DNA of 41,820 nucleotides from a virus: UHGV virus genome UHGV-1357484; one strand, 5' to 3'. Shown piece by piece: positions 41,705 to 41,820 of this stretch (position 1 is its first letter; each line of letters starts with the position of its first letter). The notes under the pieces were generated by a model. It saw only the letters and a program-made list of their open reading frames with translations, ran no database searches and was not told where the DNA came from. The position numbers and the translations under genes were made by a program.

Positions 41705-41820
41705 ACTTTCTCAACTGTGCCACATTCAATCAATGTAACAATCGCATTCGCTTTATCTTCGCTATCAAATCTCATTACTTCGCCGCTTAAACCGTAGACG
41801 AGATGAGGCTGTAATTCATC
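41705..41820 (-). CDS. 3' part of a hypothetical gene that runs off the window end. It is frame-compatible with the ORF at 1..402.
   Basis: Reads ...DELQPHLVYGLSGEVMRFDSEDKANAIVTLIECGTVEKV then stop. Exactly 38 codons fall in the window. Confidence 0.5.

Noticed and set aside
1-41820. CRISPR arrays and insertion sequences
   Set aside because: No regularly spaced identical repeats with unique spacers were seen, and no transposase-like ORFs. The only mobility gene is the phage tyrosine integrase.

Overview
The window looks like an essentially complete temperate siphovirus genome from a low-GC Firmicute. Overall gene content resembles Enterococcus, Listeria or Lactobacillus phages. It is drawn here as the reverse complement of the usual map.

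The minus strand carries three blocks. The late genes run from 41790 down to 17138: ArpU-like late activator, FtsK-gamma-like protein, HNH endonuclease, TerS, TerL, portal, SPP1 gp7-like minor head protein, scaffold, major capsid, connector proteins, major tail protein, G/GT chaperone with a -1 frameshift, tape measure, Dit, Tal, CHAP protein, BppU-like and FN3/Big2 fibre proteins, XkdX-like proteins, holin and GH25 endolysin. The early genes run from 13158 down to 440: Cro-like protein, three ribbon-helix-helix proteins, RecT, YqaJ-like exonuclease, DnaD-like replisome organizer with internal iterons, MazG, lipoprotein and a LemA plus membrane-protein pair. A partial gene at 402..1 continues in frame with the partial gene at 41820..41705, which suggests a circularly closed genome.

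The plus strand carries the lysogeny module at 13437..15543 (ImmR-like repressor, ImmA metallopeptidase, tyrosine integrase). Next to it is an attP-like region with TTTGTGGCAA repeats, then a lysogen-expressed LysM lipoprotein moron with its own promoters.

Elements the standard phage modules do not explain:
- An autoregulated plus-strand operon at 3986..5176: a strong promoter with two AACGCA-NN-TGCGTT operators, then an acidic 125-aa protein with an ADP-ribosyltransferase-like QxE-LLPxGT motif, a small HTH protein and an AP2-domain protein. The layout is acr-aca-like.
- Two and a half tandem, mutually similar small-RNA-like units at 40414..40665, each with a -10 box, an enclosing GAGCTAG/CTAGCTC stem and an intrinsic terminator, antisense to the early genes.
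- A roughly 65-nt plus-strand sRNA candidate at 38184..38250 with a consensus promoter and terminator.
- A degenerate tRNA-Lys-like element (38590..38654) next to a 480-bp noncoding stretch with nested inverted repeats.
- A perfect 44-bp duplicated gene-junction cassette among the RHH genes.
- A conserved GTAACGACAAC intergenic motif.
- GC-rich GCGCCCC repeats in the head module.
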